This document shows positions 29,301-41,776 of a stretch of DNA of 64,000 bases, piece by piece. The position numbers and the translations under genes are program-made. The DNA comes from Dimorphilus gyrociliatus (taxonomy: Eukaryota; Animalia; Annelida). The DNA is taken from the NCBI GenBank assembly GCA_904063045.1, contig CAJFCJ010000005.1:4307689-4371688 (forward strand), given 5' to 3'. Positions within the stretch are counted from its first letter, which is position 1; each line of letters begins with the position of its first letter. The notes under the pieces are model-generated. The model saw only the letters and a program-made list of their open reading frames with translations. It was not told where the DNA came from and made no database searches.

Positions 29301-32300
29301 CGTCGGCTGCTGGTTGGTATTTTGTATATTGAAACTCTTGGAAACGACTATAGAGTGGGTCAGTCTCGTCTTTCCTTTCGCTAATTATAGGCTGATTGCA
29401 AGTTCCCAGTAGAGTGTTGAGGGCACCACACGAAATCGTGTCGTATCGTATTTTATTTAATTCTTCGGCGAGTGTTTCTCTTAAAACATTCATCGTTGAT
29501 GAATCAGTTTCGGGAGTTGATTTTAAATCGTTTAAAGGTAGAATGGGCGGTGGAGACCAAGGAGGAGGAATTGCTTCTGGCGCTAGGGACGGAGGGGGCG
29601 TTCTAGGACGGCATATGTCATTTCGGCAAACCTCAGGAGATTCCGTTGCATATCCAGAAGAATCCGAAATAGAATTGCACGATGTATCCCAACTTTCTGT
29701 GTTTTTCGTAGATGTAATAATCTCTTCCACTTGAACGTCATCGTCCGCCTCGGTGTGGTCGATTCCCGACTAGAACAGCAGAAAAAATATTTATTTTACA
29801 TAGAGAACAAAGATATATAGGCTGATGAATTGATTCGTTATTAAAGTATCCTACCGATTGCATTGCTAATTTCAGTAGGTCCATCCTCTTCGATAGTCCG
29901 TGAACTAATGGTGATTGTTAACTGTTCAAGGTCCATTATATAGAGTTATGCCGTGAGTTCTTTAGTACTTTCCAATTATCAACAAAGTTGTTGAACTGAA
30001 TAGACGCTCAACTCGTTTGTTAGCGACAGGCCTATAGGATTGTGAGTGCAGTGAACGTTTTTGAGCATTGTTTTGCTTTATACACTGCGCTCTATTAAAT
30101 GAAAGTAGAACGTAAACGGAGTATTAACAATAATTATTCATGCTATTTTGAAATAAACAGAAATTGAAGCAAACCTACGACGATTTCTACTATCGGTTGA
30201 AGGCGCCACCTAACGAAAGCCGAGAAATACCAACTACACGAAAAAAAACGTCATCATCTGCAAAATATAGGAACAATTCCAGGGGTAACTAGCTTTTTTT
30301 TCTATATTAATTATTAATGATAATTGACTAATATACGACAAAAATTAAATTCAACAGAAGCCGTTCAGGAGAATTTTGCTTATTCCCGAGAGAAACCACT
30401 CTCATCGTCAACTCCCGAAAAGGCTTCTAGGAGTTCACGACTTTATAGCGAAGAAGAACATCCACAATTGGATCCGTCTAGTTCACCACTAAGGATAACG
30501 CCTAGAAACTCGGAGGATAGGTTTGTCTATTTTGTAAAAGTCGATAAATTGTATAGTTATCTGTATATATCTATAAATATATCTATATATAAATATATAT
30601 ATATATATATATAAATTTATACTATATGTATACAATATATAAATAGAAATATGTATATTTATACAAATTTCCTTAATATCAATGTCTTTCTTTAAACAAA
30701 TCGATAGGTCTGTATCGAGAAAAGGTGATTTACGTGTGGATGATTTGGAAGCGCGACCTGGTTCTCCCCCGCTTATGATATTAGAATCGTCAGCTCATAG
30801 CTCTAAATCGAAAGGTAAGATACTATAATAAATTGTCAGGGTTAGAGCGGATTACAACAACAGTATTTATTTGTATTAGTATTAAATTAGTCGAACAATT
30901 GTACAAGCACAAAATATACATATACTGTATATATATATATATATCAACAGATTCGGAGAGAGCATCGTCAACTAAGTCTTTTACTGGTGCTGAAAGAGGA
31001 AACGAACTTCCATCCTCTAGTCGCAACGAACCACCAATTCAACCAGTTTCTTTAGACGACGCATGGAAGACTAGGACAGGTATTTATAATATATTCTAAG
31101 CTATTCTATTTATTACGTTCTATTCGTTTAAAGCTTTTCGTAAGTCGTTTTGAAGGTCATAAGTTCTCATTCTTTGTCTATCAACCTCTTTGATCCGGGC
31201 AAGTTTTTGACCTCTTAGAGCCAAATCTCCGTATCTAGATTTTTGCATTGTGGCTAAAGCGTAGGAAGGCGAATGGGGTCGGGCAATAGGTCCAGAGTTT
31301 CTAAGCATATTCTGAACAGTTTCGGATTGTTTGAGTGATTTTGTAAATGTATCTGTTCGAGCGAAAGTATAAGGTTTCGATCCGCCTATACCTCCTTCCA
31401 CTCCTTCTATTGGAAGGGTCTTGTACAACTGCCAAAATCGAACTTCCTTATCCTTTTTCCTCGTATAACTTCGCGGTATAAAATCTTTTCGGGGTTGTAG
31501 GGCATCTAACTCTTCGTGACATTTCATATTAGACGTTGGTGTTGGGTAATGGGTTCTTTCCAAATTTCGATTTTCGGATGAATCGAATGTACGATGTTGA
31601 TTCGATTCGAAATGAGAAGAGTCCTTTTCGTAAATGCTAGGTAAAGACTTGGACGTAAAATTAATTGAACTACTTCCGTATCGTCTACTCTGAATGGGAA
31701 CGTTCGGTTTAGGTAAATTAGTTTCTCCTTCATTCGACGACTCGAACGGACTAGGTAAATTTGTAGGATTTTTTTCTCGATTGGCCGAACTATTTAGCCA
31801 ATGATCTATTCTTCGACTCCTTAAAGCCGAATCTCCTACTTCTCTTCTCTCTTCTATTCCTCTCTTGAAGAGTTCCGATTCGTCGATATTTGGCACGAAT
31901 CTAACCGGTATTTGTGCTAGAACAAACGATGGATTCGGTTGGCCGCAACGAACACATCCCTTAATAGGTCGAAAATGAGACATAGTCATGAAGAAGGTAG
32001 GGAGTAGGAGAGTTATACGAATAAGAGGAAGCAAGAGCAAAAAGGGAAGAAGTTAAAGAAGAAAAAGATAGAGGAGAAGAAGATGAAGAGGAATGGTAGA
32101 AATAATAATAAGAACACAAATTGAAAGAATGCATTAGACAATAGAAAAGATGTAGGATAAAAAGAGAGTTGAATAATCAAAAAAGAGAACGGAAAGTAAA
32201 AAATCCAAATTGTTTAAAATCACAAAAGAGAACTGTCGGTCTACAGTATTCCAAAAGTTCGTAGAAGCAGAGATATTATTAACGTCTGTCTGTAAGAGTT

Positions 32301-33609
32301 CACACGATGTTTGAGAAGTGTTTCGTTAAACACCTTGACGTTAACTGCGATGCGAATAAAACAGAAAGAATGAAAGAAAAAAAAAGAAAAGCACTAGCGC
32401 CCTATTCAGTGTCCTTTGTTCTCGTTTCTTTACTGGCGGTTGTTGATTATTGACAGTCTTATTGACGTTAATATTGAATAGAGTTGTTTTCCGAGTGTTA
32501 ATAAATACTAGCTACCGCAATAACTAATCAAGCGTTTTTTTATATGTCTAGTTAATGTAATACATAACTTTTTGAGTAGGCTATCGAACTGTTTTTGTTG
32601 CAATCTCAACGGTTAAGGAGAAAACTCTGGTTTGCTTAGTATTGCCTTTCACTTCTACTTTACTTAATCAATTGAATTTTTTCGGCAAAACATTGATTTA
32701 TGCTAATCTTTAAACTACTTTTCCAACGATTTTATCGGTTGTCTGGTAATCGATTTCTCTCTTTTTTTCTGAAGGCAAGTTGACCGTCGAATGGCTTGCG
32801 ACTGTATAAAAGAAAATTGTTTGTGTGCAAATAGCATTAAGGCTGTAAACCTCAATTAGTCAAAGGCCGACTGAGTCGATACGCTTTCTTTAATTCTCAC
32901 TTCTTTTCAATTGAATATCTTAAAATATAAGAGAGGGCTGTTTACTTAGAAGGTGGAACGAGTGTTGACGGTTTGAATCTGTGTTTGTTATATTATATAT
33001 ATATAAGGCATGCCTTTGGATAGCGAGAAGAAGAGATAGAATGTAAAAGGTAGAGGATAGGTGGGGAGGGTGGCGGGTGGTCGGCACCTTTTTCTTTTCA
33101 GTTAGAAAGCAATTAAAAGATTAATATATATTTCTGTATAGAGTTTTTGTTATTATTGGATTTTTAAGCGAATTATTTTTAATTCCTCCCCTTCTACGTA
33201 GAAAAAGAACAACAGGAGGAAAAGAGTGCCGATGTAGTCGATTCGCCTAAAGATATTGAAGAGAAAAAGGCGGAGGAGGAGGCTAAGACCGAAGAGAAGG
33301 ACGACGAAGCCGGTATCGATCCCGAAATGCTCAAGTATATGAAGTTAATCAAACAGAGAAAAGAAACGGAGAAGGAAAATAAAGAAAAGTCTGGAGAAGA
33401 GGCGGCTGGGGCTGCCACTACAACGGCAACCGATTCAAAGCAAGTAGGAAGTTTCAAGTGGTATACGAAAAACGACAGCGAGAGCGAAAATCACATATCG
33501 ATCGCTAGTGATAAACCGTAAGCAATACTATTTATATAATCTGATTATTTAATGATTTTTTTCCTTCTTAAACAGTGACAGCGTTGACGACGAGGATTTT
33601 TTCTTTTAA
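23354..33609 (+). CDS. OFD1: Oral-facial-digital syndrome 1 centriolar protein, 24 exons, about 937 aa
   Basis: N-terminus ELRTHLYKNMKDKGYLSNLKCQLRNKLL, a LisH motif (ANSIIIDHLEKCKMEYTLSMFLPES), long coiled coils, RLKSLDAEAEKL and DPEMLKYMKLIKQ near the C-terminus. Exons in frame: 23354-23440, 23519-23719, 23779-23878, 23949-24056, 25225-25358, 25487-25576, 25656-25739, 25814-25920, 26004-26123, 26200-26273, 26453-26622, 26745-26812, 26917-26960, 27056-27219, 27289-27400, 27464-27584, 27728-27781, 28225-28327, 30161-30284, 30358-30520, 30708-30814, 30951-31079, 33202-33517, 33576-33609. Confidence 0.93.
28465..29884 (-). CDS. Divergent TALE-class homeobox transcription factor nested antisense in OFD1 intron 18, about 444 aa
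   Basis: Exons 29855-29884 (MDLLKLAMQS) and 28465-29769. C-terminal homeodomain at about 28524-28712 has the TALE loop (WYNNNVQHPY) and helix 3 QIRKWLANRRNR. It lies wholly within OFD1 intron 28328-30160. Confidence 0.92.
31120..31989 (-). CDS. Orphan intronless ORF (289 aa from ATG 31989) nested antisense in OFD1 intron 22
   Basis: An 870-nt open frame in AT-rich DNA with coding-like composition. N-terminal CxxC (GCVRCG) and a Ser/Pro-rich middle. It lies within OFD1 intron 31080-33201. Confidence 0.75.
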   Translation of the reverse strand: MTMSHFRPIKGCVRCGQPNPSFVLAQIPVRFVPNIDESELFKRGIEERREVGDSALRSRRIDHWLNSSANREKNPTNLPSPFESSNEGETNLPKPNVPIQSRRYGSSSINFTSKSLPSIYEKDSSHFESNQHRTFDSSENRNLERTHYPTPTSNMKCHEELDALQPRKDFIPRSYTRKKDKEVRFWQLYKTLPIEGVEGGIGGSKPYTFARTDTFTKSLKQSETVQNMLRNSGPIARPHSPSYALATMQKSRYGDLALRGQKLARIKEVDRQRMRTYDLQNDLRKALNE

Positions 33610-34192
33610 GAAACAGTTTCTAACCAACATATCTATGTATCTATGTATCTTTATATCTTGATATCTTTATATTGGTCGGTAGACGCTCACCTATAGTATT
33701 TAATCATTTCGAGAAAAAGAAATGATAAAACCTTCAATATCAACTCTTTCCTTTTTTTTCTCCTCTTTTTATTGCTTTTTGTAAATTTTTTTTGAGTAAA
33801 ATAAATAGAGTCAAAACAATTTTTCCCTTATTTCCGCTTCCCATAAAAAATCTCCCGGGATTTTTGTAGATATAAACACAAAATAATATAATTAAGTCTT
33901 TTCCCCTTCAACCTTTAATTGTTTTCCTTTTATCCACGAACCTGAGATAGAGTAGAGCACATAATAGTAGCATAATAGTAGACATTTTGATGTTGAGAGA
34001 AACCAGTGAGAACGGAGAGTTGGGGCTGGATGTAGAGAAAGAGAGAAAGAGAATAAATACATTAGATAATAGAATGATAATAAAGGAATCAAAAGAAGGA
34101 TGCGTAAAATATGAAAGAAATAAGACAACTGATGAATAGAATTAAGAAGAGAAAAAGTCAGCAGTATTATATTTTGCAGGTCTGCAGGCGAA

Positions 34193-37057
34193 TTAATTTC
34201 CTACAATGGTCTTATTAAGTTTCCGAAGAATTTTTGGTATTTGAGTAATTTTGTCCGTTTGAGAATTTGTTGTTAAAAATTGAGTTGTCGAGTTGATGAC
34301 CTTCCCAACAGTCGTTAATTTAACATTATCCATAGTTTCTATATGATGAGGATGTATCATTCGCGAGATGGCGTCGCAAGTTCCAACAATACCACTAAGT
34401 AGGAGAGAAACAAATGAAAAAAAAAAGAGATATTACATGATAAATTATGCAATAAGCTGATTTCTTTTTTATAATAATACTCTACAGTATACAATATATA
34501 ATATAATATAATATAATATAATATAGTTTTTACCCGATTATTCCAAAAAGGATGAGAAACACATCGATAAATATTGCGCATTTTGTTGCCGACCTAATAG
34601 AGATAAAAACATGCATTTCTATATAAATCACTTATTAACAAATAATACTGTATACACAGTATTATACAGTAAGAGTATATGAAAGTTTTTCTATTACCCT
34701 TTAAATATTTTCAAGTGAAATATCGCCGGTAGAATAAATGCTAGCAAAATACAAAATGTTGAACCAACAAGAGCAAGTAAATCGGCAAAGTTTGGTATGA
34801 TTAAAACTATGATGCCAGTTAAAATTACGAATATTGTTCGTAGTAAATTCTGGATGGGGGAAAAACATAAAATAGGAAAAACAAACGAGATAATTGACAG
34901 AAAAGAAATTCAAGTCAAATTAGTTGATTAGTGCAATTGATGATTGTTAGTTAGTGATTTAATATTAAATATAGTGAGAGAGAGAGAGAGAGAGAAAAGA
35001 GGAAAAGCCAAACAGTAAAGATAAAATTAATTACCCCTTTCCAAACTGGCGGTGTATCATCGCCGTAAATTTTTCCCTCGACTATTTTAACGACAGGAAA
35101 CATCATCACTGAAAAATTATTTACATTTTAAAGTCTCGTTTTTCCTTCTCATTAATTTTATACGAAACGAGGGAAATATTAAAATAATACTACTAACCTG
35201 GATATGTAAAAAATAGGGCAACGCATAGACAAGTTATTACTAATATTGCAAAATCCATTCCATCTCCTTTAGGCAAGTTTAGGGTTATAATCTCTCGAGT
35301 CTCAGCGCCGAAAGACTGTAAATACGAATTAGAATTTAATAGAATAGAGATAAAGATCGTTAAGACCCTTATATAGACTTTATAGTTTTGATAAACTTAC
35401 TAAATATCCGCATGCTCCGAAAGTCACGTAAAGAAGGGTGACAAAAATCATAGTTACTTTAAAATAGCTGCCAAAATAAAATCAATCAATTAACATCTGG
35501 TTAATCGATTCTTCTTCTTCTTTACAATATAAATAACATACAACAACAACAACAATAACAAGAAAACAACTGATTGTTTAATAAATTCTTACAATCTAAA
35601 GTAGTCTCGAAAGCTTTTAGCAACGGAAGATTCCAGAGAGAGTATCATTCCGGCTCCTGTAATCAACAACGAGAACGACGAGATGTAAATAAAAGAGAAA
35701 AACAAAAAAAATACTCCTTACTCTATTACCCTAATTAAAATCATCAATTAGAAATGTAGCTTACCTTCGTAGCAGTAGATTGAGATAGCTAGAAAGAATG
35801 GAAAACCTCTTAGCGACATTTTCTTCGGATGGATACTGTTTTACAAACATTTGCAGAAGAGAGATTGGTAATTGAAAAGAACAATCATTAGTATCTTCTT
35901 TTCTTTTATATCAACTTTAAATACCTGACGAGATGAATATGATCAAAATCGAACCAAAATACTACTGTAAAGGCCAATAAGTTTGATATTTGAGCGAATA
36001 AACTGCAAAATAAACAAACAAATAGGAGAATGATATAACAGAGGACGGAGACGACAGACTAACAAAACGGCTACTAACCTTGATATGGCAAGACTGTTTA
36101 AATGTCGAAGAAGGGACAATAACCCTAAAGGTGGAAGTAGCACTAACAGCCAAATCCATCTACGATTTCGGAGGGAAAATATTAACAAACGAAATTAGAC
36201 GCTTTTCTATACTAACAATTTGACGCCTTTTAGATAATGCGATAGATTTTCGGACATAAAAATTAAATAAGCGCAGCAGAAACCTGGAAAATACCAATGA
36301 GAAAACATCGATTAAACAACAAATTGGTTAAGATAAAAGAAATGGAAAAACTTACCAATTTGAGAAACGATTATACAGAGTTCAACTAGCCACCTGCCCA
36401 ACTTACCAATGGCGTAATAACCTATTACGTAACAAGTAATTAAAAAATATAATGTAACGCCGATATTAGCTATTACTCACCAACGTCGCCGTAGGATAAT
36501 TCTTTTCCAGGAGCCTTGCGGGTAATTAAACGATAGTTAGTTGGATTAGAAATAAAGAATGAAAATGACAAGAAGATTGATAAACCTGTGGTTTATAATC
36601 GCTGGCTGATAGAGATGATGAACCATTATTGCTGGAATGACTTTGATTATCAATTAATCTTTCTTCGTCTTCTTTTATATTAACAACTTCCTTTACAAGC
36701 GTTTTTAAGCCGATATCTCTGGGCATTTCTTTTTGCATAAGTCGGTATTTACAATCGATTATTAGCATCATCGCCTTAATACTTAGCAAACCAACAAAAG
36801 TCATTAATAGGATCCCTTCAACAATACCAGCCTAAAAGACAAATTAATATATATACATATATACATTTTGTACATTAATTACTGTAATCGATATTAATTT
36901 TATATCCCTCTACAACCCAACTTTGTCTACTAACTTCTTTGAACGCGTAGGGAAGACCCAGGACACCAGCACCGATAAAAGATATAAAAATATTAGCCAT
37001 AATTCTTATTGGGCTCTTTGAGCCTTCCCCTTTCGTTTGAGTCGTTGCGGAAGTCAT
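34193..37057 (-). CDS. Amino acid transporter (Aa_trans family; SLC36/AVT3/ANT1-like), 15 exons, about 500 aa
   Basis: Exons 36935-37057, 36586-36831, 36481-36514, 36356-36421, 36217-36283, 36079-36159, 35925-36002, 35765-35835, 35593-35656, 35401-35467, 35198-35315, 35035-35108, 34698-34849, 34534-34593 and 34193-34394 join in frame (1503 nt). Motifs: NIFISFIGAGVLGLPYAFKEAG, SYGDVG, SQIGFCCAYLIFMSEN, YCYEGAGMILSLE, LFFTYPVMMFPV, LVGST...FILPAIFH. Confidence 0.95.
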
Positions 37058-37685
37058 TATTTTATTCAATAGAATAGTCAAGTGTATATATTTAATGTTG
37101 ATAAATTCCAATTAAAATTATGTCATTTCGTCCTTTTGTTATAATTCCTTTATTTATAATTTATCGTATAAATCAAACACGTTACAGGATATAAGCAGAC
37201 GGATGTTGCCTGAATAGCATGGTTTAGTGGTATGTAATACCGTTCTAGTCTCACCACATAGAATACAGATGACACTTAACCTTACTCTTTTTCTCCGCAT
37301 CCCCTCTACGTAAAAGTGATATATACGCATTTAAATATATATACTAATATATATACAATCGTATGCAAATATCAATTTTAATCTTTCCCTCTGTCCTCTC
37401 ATCTCCCTGCCTGCTCATTTCTATATTCTACTTTTAATTGTTTCTCATTGACACTAGCGACCTCTATATGATATATTTTATTGGCCAATTCTTTTCGTCT
37501 TCTCCTTGCCTTTGCTTTTAATTGAAGCGCGGGAAAGACGCGCCTTTTCTTTAATAATCTTTAAGAAAAAGAAAACCAATTTCTTCTCAATTAAGCCAAT
37601 AGATTGCTTGCCAACAAAAGCAATAAATTAAATCGTATAATTTTATGCTTTATCGCATGGACGAAACGTTGACAATACTTGGAAT

Positions 37686-37718
<33 letters not shown>

Positions 37719-40057
37719 CAACAAAGATAGGGGGGAGGCTGGGAGAAAACTAAGTAGAGGAGAAACAATGTAAATATAATAATAATAGACGTTATCATAT
37801 GTCAAATGTAATAAAAGAACAACTCGTGACAAGAGCGAATTCGTAACCCGACGGAAGTTGGAAGAGAGGGAACGATAGTAGGACAAGTAAAAAAGAAATA
37901 ATGTAAATTAAACTATGCACATTCTTTGAGACAGTTGTCGGGCCGTCGGTCAAACACAGACATCAGTATAGAGACGGAGACGGACAGGCAGACAGAGAGA
38001 GAAGATAGATAGGATACAGACACTCCAGAGGAGAGAAATAGTGAGGAAAAGAAGAAAATAGTTGGACAACTATTTTTTTCTTTTGATACTAAAACGTTAG
38101 CGAATTTAGACGTCAGTCGGCTTATGCTTATCGCATTTCGTTGAGTGCCTGATGAGCTACGGAACATTTGCGGTTGTAATGAGTAGAATGTGAGCGGAAA
38201 ACGACTTTATCGTACACAATCGTCAGCCAGTTGAAAATTATAGAAAATTAAGGCTAGCCCATTAATTGTCATCGATTGGCGCCAAGAAATATAATTATGT
38301 ATACAGTTCAGAAGGTCACGGGAACGATAAATCATCGCGCCACAGCAATAATGCGGTATCGTGACTAGGAGTCAAAAAACACAAGGGAGTGGGGGGGCAG
38401 ACGAGAAGGGGGAGAATGAAAGAAAGAGAGGACAAATTACACGATTTCGCGTGTTGCTGCTTGTTCGGCGTTTTTTTTTCTATTATTTGTATAAAGTATT
38501 ATGTTTCGATAACCCATTATAGAGCTATGTGCCTAAACGAACAGATGTCTTCTCCGCACGACGTTTACGAGTTAAACGCTTCAAATTGACGCATAGTGAC
38601 GCAAAAACTTTTTCCCCTTTTTATTTCCTTTGTAGACAATTTCTCACCATCTGTTTGAAGATTTTTTTCTCTATTATTTTCCTTTTCCTTCTTCTTCCTC
38701 TTCTTCCTCTTCTTCATCTTATTCTTCTTATCCTTTTTCCACTTTGACTCTAACGACTTTGAATCTGCTAAAAAAAAAGCAAAAAAATTAAAAAAAGAGA
38801 CTGTCTTCCGCAAATTTCCTGTCCCCTAACTCACGTTTGGCTTCTCTTCATTGTCTCTGCTTCGTAATGAATAGGATTACGACAAAGATTCGATCGTCAC
38901 TCGGAATGACGTCGGTAGAGACGGCAATTCCACTTAACGTAGGAGAAAAAAAACGCCACTAGTAAGCTAGAATAGTTTTTATAGAATACTTCAGAGGCGT
39001 CTACAATAGACGAAAGAGCAGCCAAAGAAAAAGGGGAAAAACACTACCGAGGCGATGGTTGTAACTTTTCCGCCTTAACGGATTAGTGACGCCTACGTGG
39101 TAGAATCCGAGTAAGCCTATACTCGGATTGATTGCATATTGTAAAATGAGTTAATTTTTACATGATCGGCGTAACGCTTCTGTCCCTTAATTAATTCCTA
39201 GTCTTGACTCAATATCGTTTCGTCCTTGAAAAAAGAGCAATTCTATGTACTAAAAGGGATGAAATATTAGCTTTTCCGGAACGTCCTATTATACGACACG
39301 TGCTACGCGTCACCTAGAGACGCTTTACGAGCGTCTACGTTATATAGGCTTATTTACCCGCCTTAATGAAGCGAAGGAATGAACTTTTGCCTGCTTAGAT
39401 AAAGGGCGTTATAATGATAAAATGGGGGCCAACGGTAATTAGGTAATGTCCATTAATGTTTACATTAATTTAATTTGTAGCAAAGAAGCAAGTTGCTAAC
39501 TTAATCGATTACTGTCTGCACGTTCACTTTTTCTCTTCCTAATATACTATACATAATAAATTATCCCGTACGAGGAGAGAACAACTCGACGAAGGGAGCT
39601 CGGCTTATATATTTGTAGAACGAAGGTCGGCAAATTCGAAAGAAACGAGCCAACAGCTTGAAAAATCATCAACAATAAAACCCGTGTGCGAGATACATTC
39701 TTTCATAGTTTAACACGACCCATCGCCCTCCTTCGACCTAGCTATCTTTAACCCTTACACCCCATCTAACAGCTATCCACTACAGTCGCCGCCACTCTTT
39801 TCCTCTCAGCTCTTCTTGTTTAGCACGTAAAAACGTTTATAAAACATGACTAATTTGCTGTTAGAGAACCAAATAACTCTATCACCACGAGACCGATAAA
39901 GGTATCATTGCTTCTTAAGAAAACGTGGCTTGTTGCGAAGATAAATTTAAGAGTAATTTCCAATGAGTTTTTCTAATACAAAAGCGTCCTTTATCAATAT
40001 TTAAATTATTAGGAAAATTTAATGAATTTACTCCCTTCCCTCCTGCCCCCTCTTTTC

Positions 40058-40105
<48 letters not shown>

Positions 40106-41399
40106 CCTCCCCTAACCCCTCTTTACCCTTCTCCACCTCACTACCTCTCCATAACTCTTATTAAGGTAAGCGGTGTGGCGTACCGCAATCTACAGCAATA
40201 GAAGGATCTACTGCAAACAAAATTGAAAAAGCTGGGTAATGTTGGCGAAATTAAAAATGAAATGACAAAAAAAGGATAAACCCGTAACCAGTCGAAAAAG
40301 AAATATTTCATTTGTTAATTATACGAGTAGGGGTTAAAAGTGAGAAAGGAAGATAGAGCGAAGGGAATAGGGAATATAGAAGAGGGAAGATAACGAAAAA
40401 GATGAATAAAAAGGAGAAATATTATTTCTAGTTAGCAGTGTTACACTGGGAAAGACGCATGTCAGGTTATCCATAATAAATTAAAGGTATTTAGCGGAAA
40501 AATGTCACGGGTTTTACTTCATTAATGAACAATAACAAAACAAAAAAAGGTTACCTTCTCCTCATGAGCATGCAGCTTTGTACAACGTATTAATGATAGC
40601 TTATGCACTTATATTCAGCCTGTACATATATCTATACATGCATTAATAAGTATATTCATGGATACGGGTGGGAGGAGAAAAAAGAGAAAAAAGAGCGAGA
40701 GAGAGAGAGAGAGAGAAAGAGAGAAAGGAGGTGTTATTAGAAGACTATTCAAAATATGTAAATGATACACTATTACATACATACATACTGAAATATGGAT
40801 ATATAAGTTGTATTTGCCAGATAGAGAAGGGAATATAGTATACTTTTATACTATTGTTATACCCCAATGGTACATACAAACTATATAATAGGCCTACGTA
40901 TTATTTTTTTTATACGTCTTGTTTACTTACACTAGAGATTTTTGCATGAAACTTCTACACATTAGCGTGATGTACGGTATAAAGGTCGCGAAAGCGTCGC
41001 AAATGAACGGTGACAAGTAATTAGTATAGTGAATATATGCGTCACATACAGAAATAAAAAGACAAATAAACAAAAATTTATAACTGGAGACGGTTTCCGT
41101 TTTTTGTTTATTGGATTAACGAATTCCGCCAACAAACCAGGGATTTTCATAAACTGTTACTATAAATAGAGAAAAAAAAAATTTTTCATCTCTCCCTCGC
41201 GCTCTCCCTCCCTCTCTCTCTCTCTCTCTCTTTTCACACTATCACTATCACTTTCATCATAATCATCTATCCACTTTATCGCTCAAACGCTTTCAAAATC
41301 AACTTTTTTCACTAGTTTTGTTATTGTTTATTTCATTGTGTGTCTAAATGTGAAAATAATTATTGAGATTGTCTGTTAGGGTTATCTACAATTTTCAGG

Positions 41400-41594
41400 T
41401 GTCGTCCAATCTATACGACAGCCTACGTTAACAATGCGATCGGCGTTACCGTGACAAATCCAGCCGACTGCAACGTACCAACTGCAAAAACGCGTGGCAC
41501 CCGAGTCTTTGATCGCATGGGCGAGCGCGGCAAACGGCGATCGGTAGGGAACCGCACGATAGGCGCTGACGGCTTCACAAACTCACCGTTCTTC
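41400..41594 (+). other. GC-rich isolated exon, probably a 5'UTR exon of the downstream secreted-protein gene
   Basis: Clean acceptor (ttttcag|G) and donor (TTC|gtaagt). Contains two ATGs. The downstream exon at 45211 has an acceptor before its ATG, so an upstream exon is expected. Confidence 0.45.
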
Positions 41595-41686
41595 GTAAGT
41601 GACGCTACAAAAAAAGTAAAGTTAACGTTCCGTCTGTGAAAGAGTGGAAAAGTAAGGAGAAACAAAATTATAGATAGGTAAAAAGT

Positions 41687-41776
41687 GAAGAAGAAGAAGA
41701 AGAAGAAGAAGAAGAAGAAGAAGAAGAAGGGGAGAAAGAAAGGAATAAAAGTAGAAGAAGAAGAAGAAGAAGAAGA
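41687..41776 (+). repeat. (GAA)n microsatellite, interrupted
   Basis: Directly visible. Confidence 0.9.

Noticed and set aside
29037-29734. Plus-strand ORFs of 71 and 112 aa and a minus-strand ORF of 88 aa overlapping the TALE gene
   Set aside because: Shadow frames with non-ATG starts.
36515-36535. Resemblance to the nematode SL1 leader (TTTAATTACCC..AAG)
   Set aside because: It is simply the 3' splice site of a transporter intron and the match is partial.
38565-38813. Lys-rich minus ORF with apparent splice sites
   Set aside because: Mostly derived from a (CTT)n-like purine/pyrimidine tract; no partner exons found.
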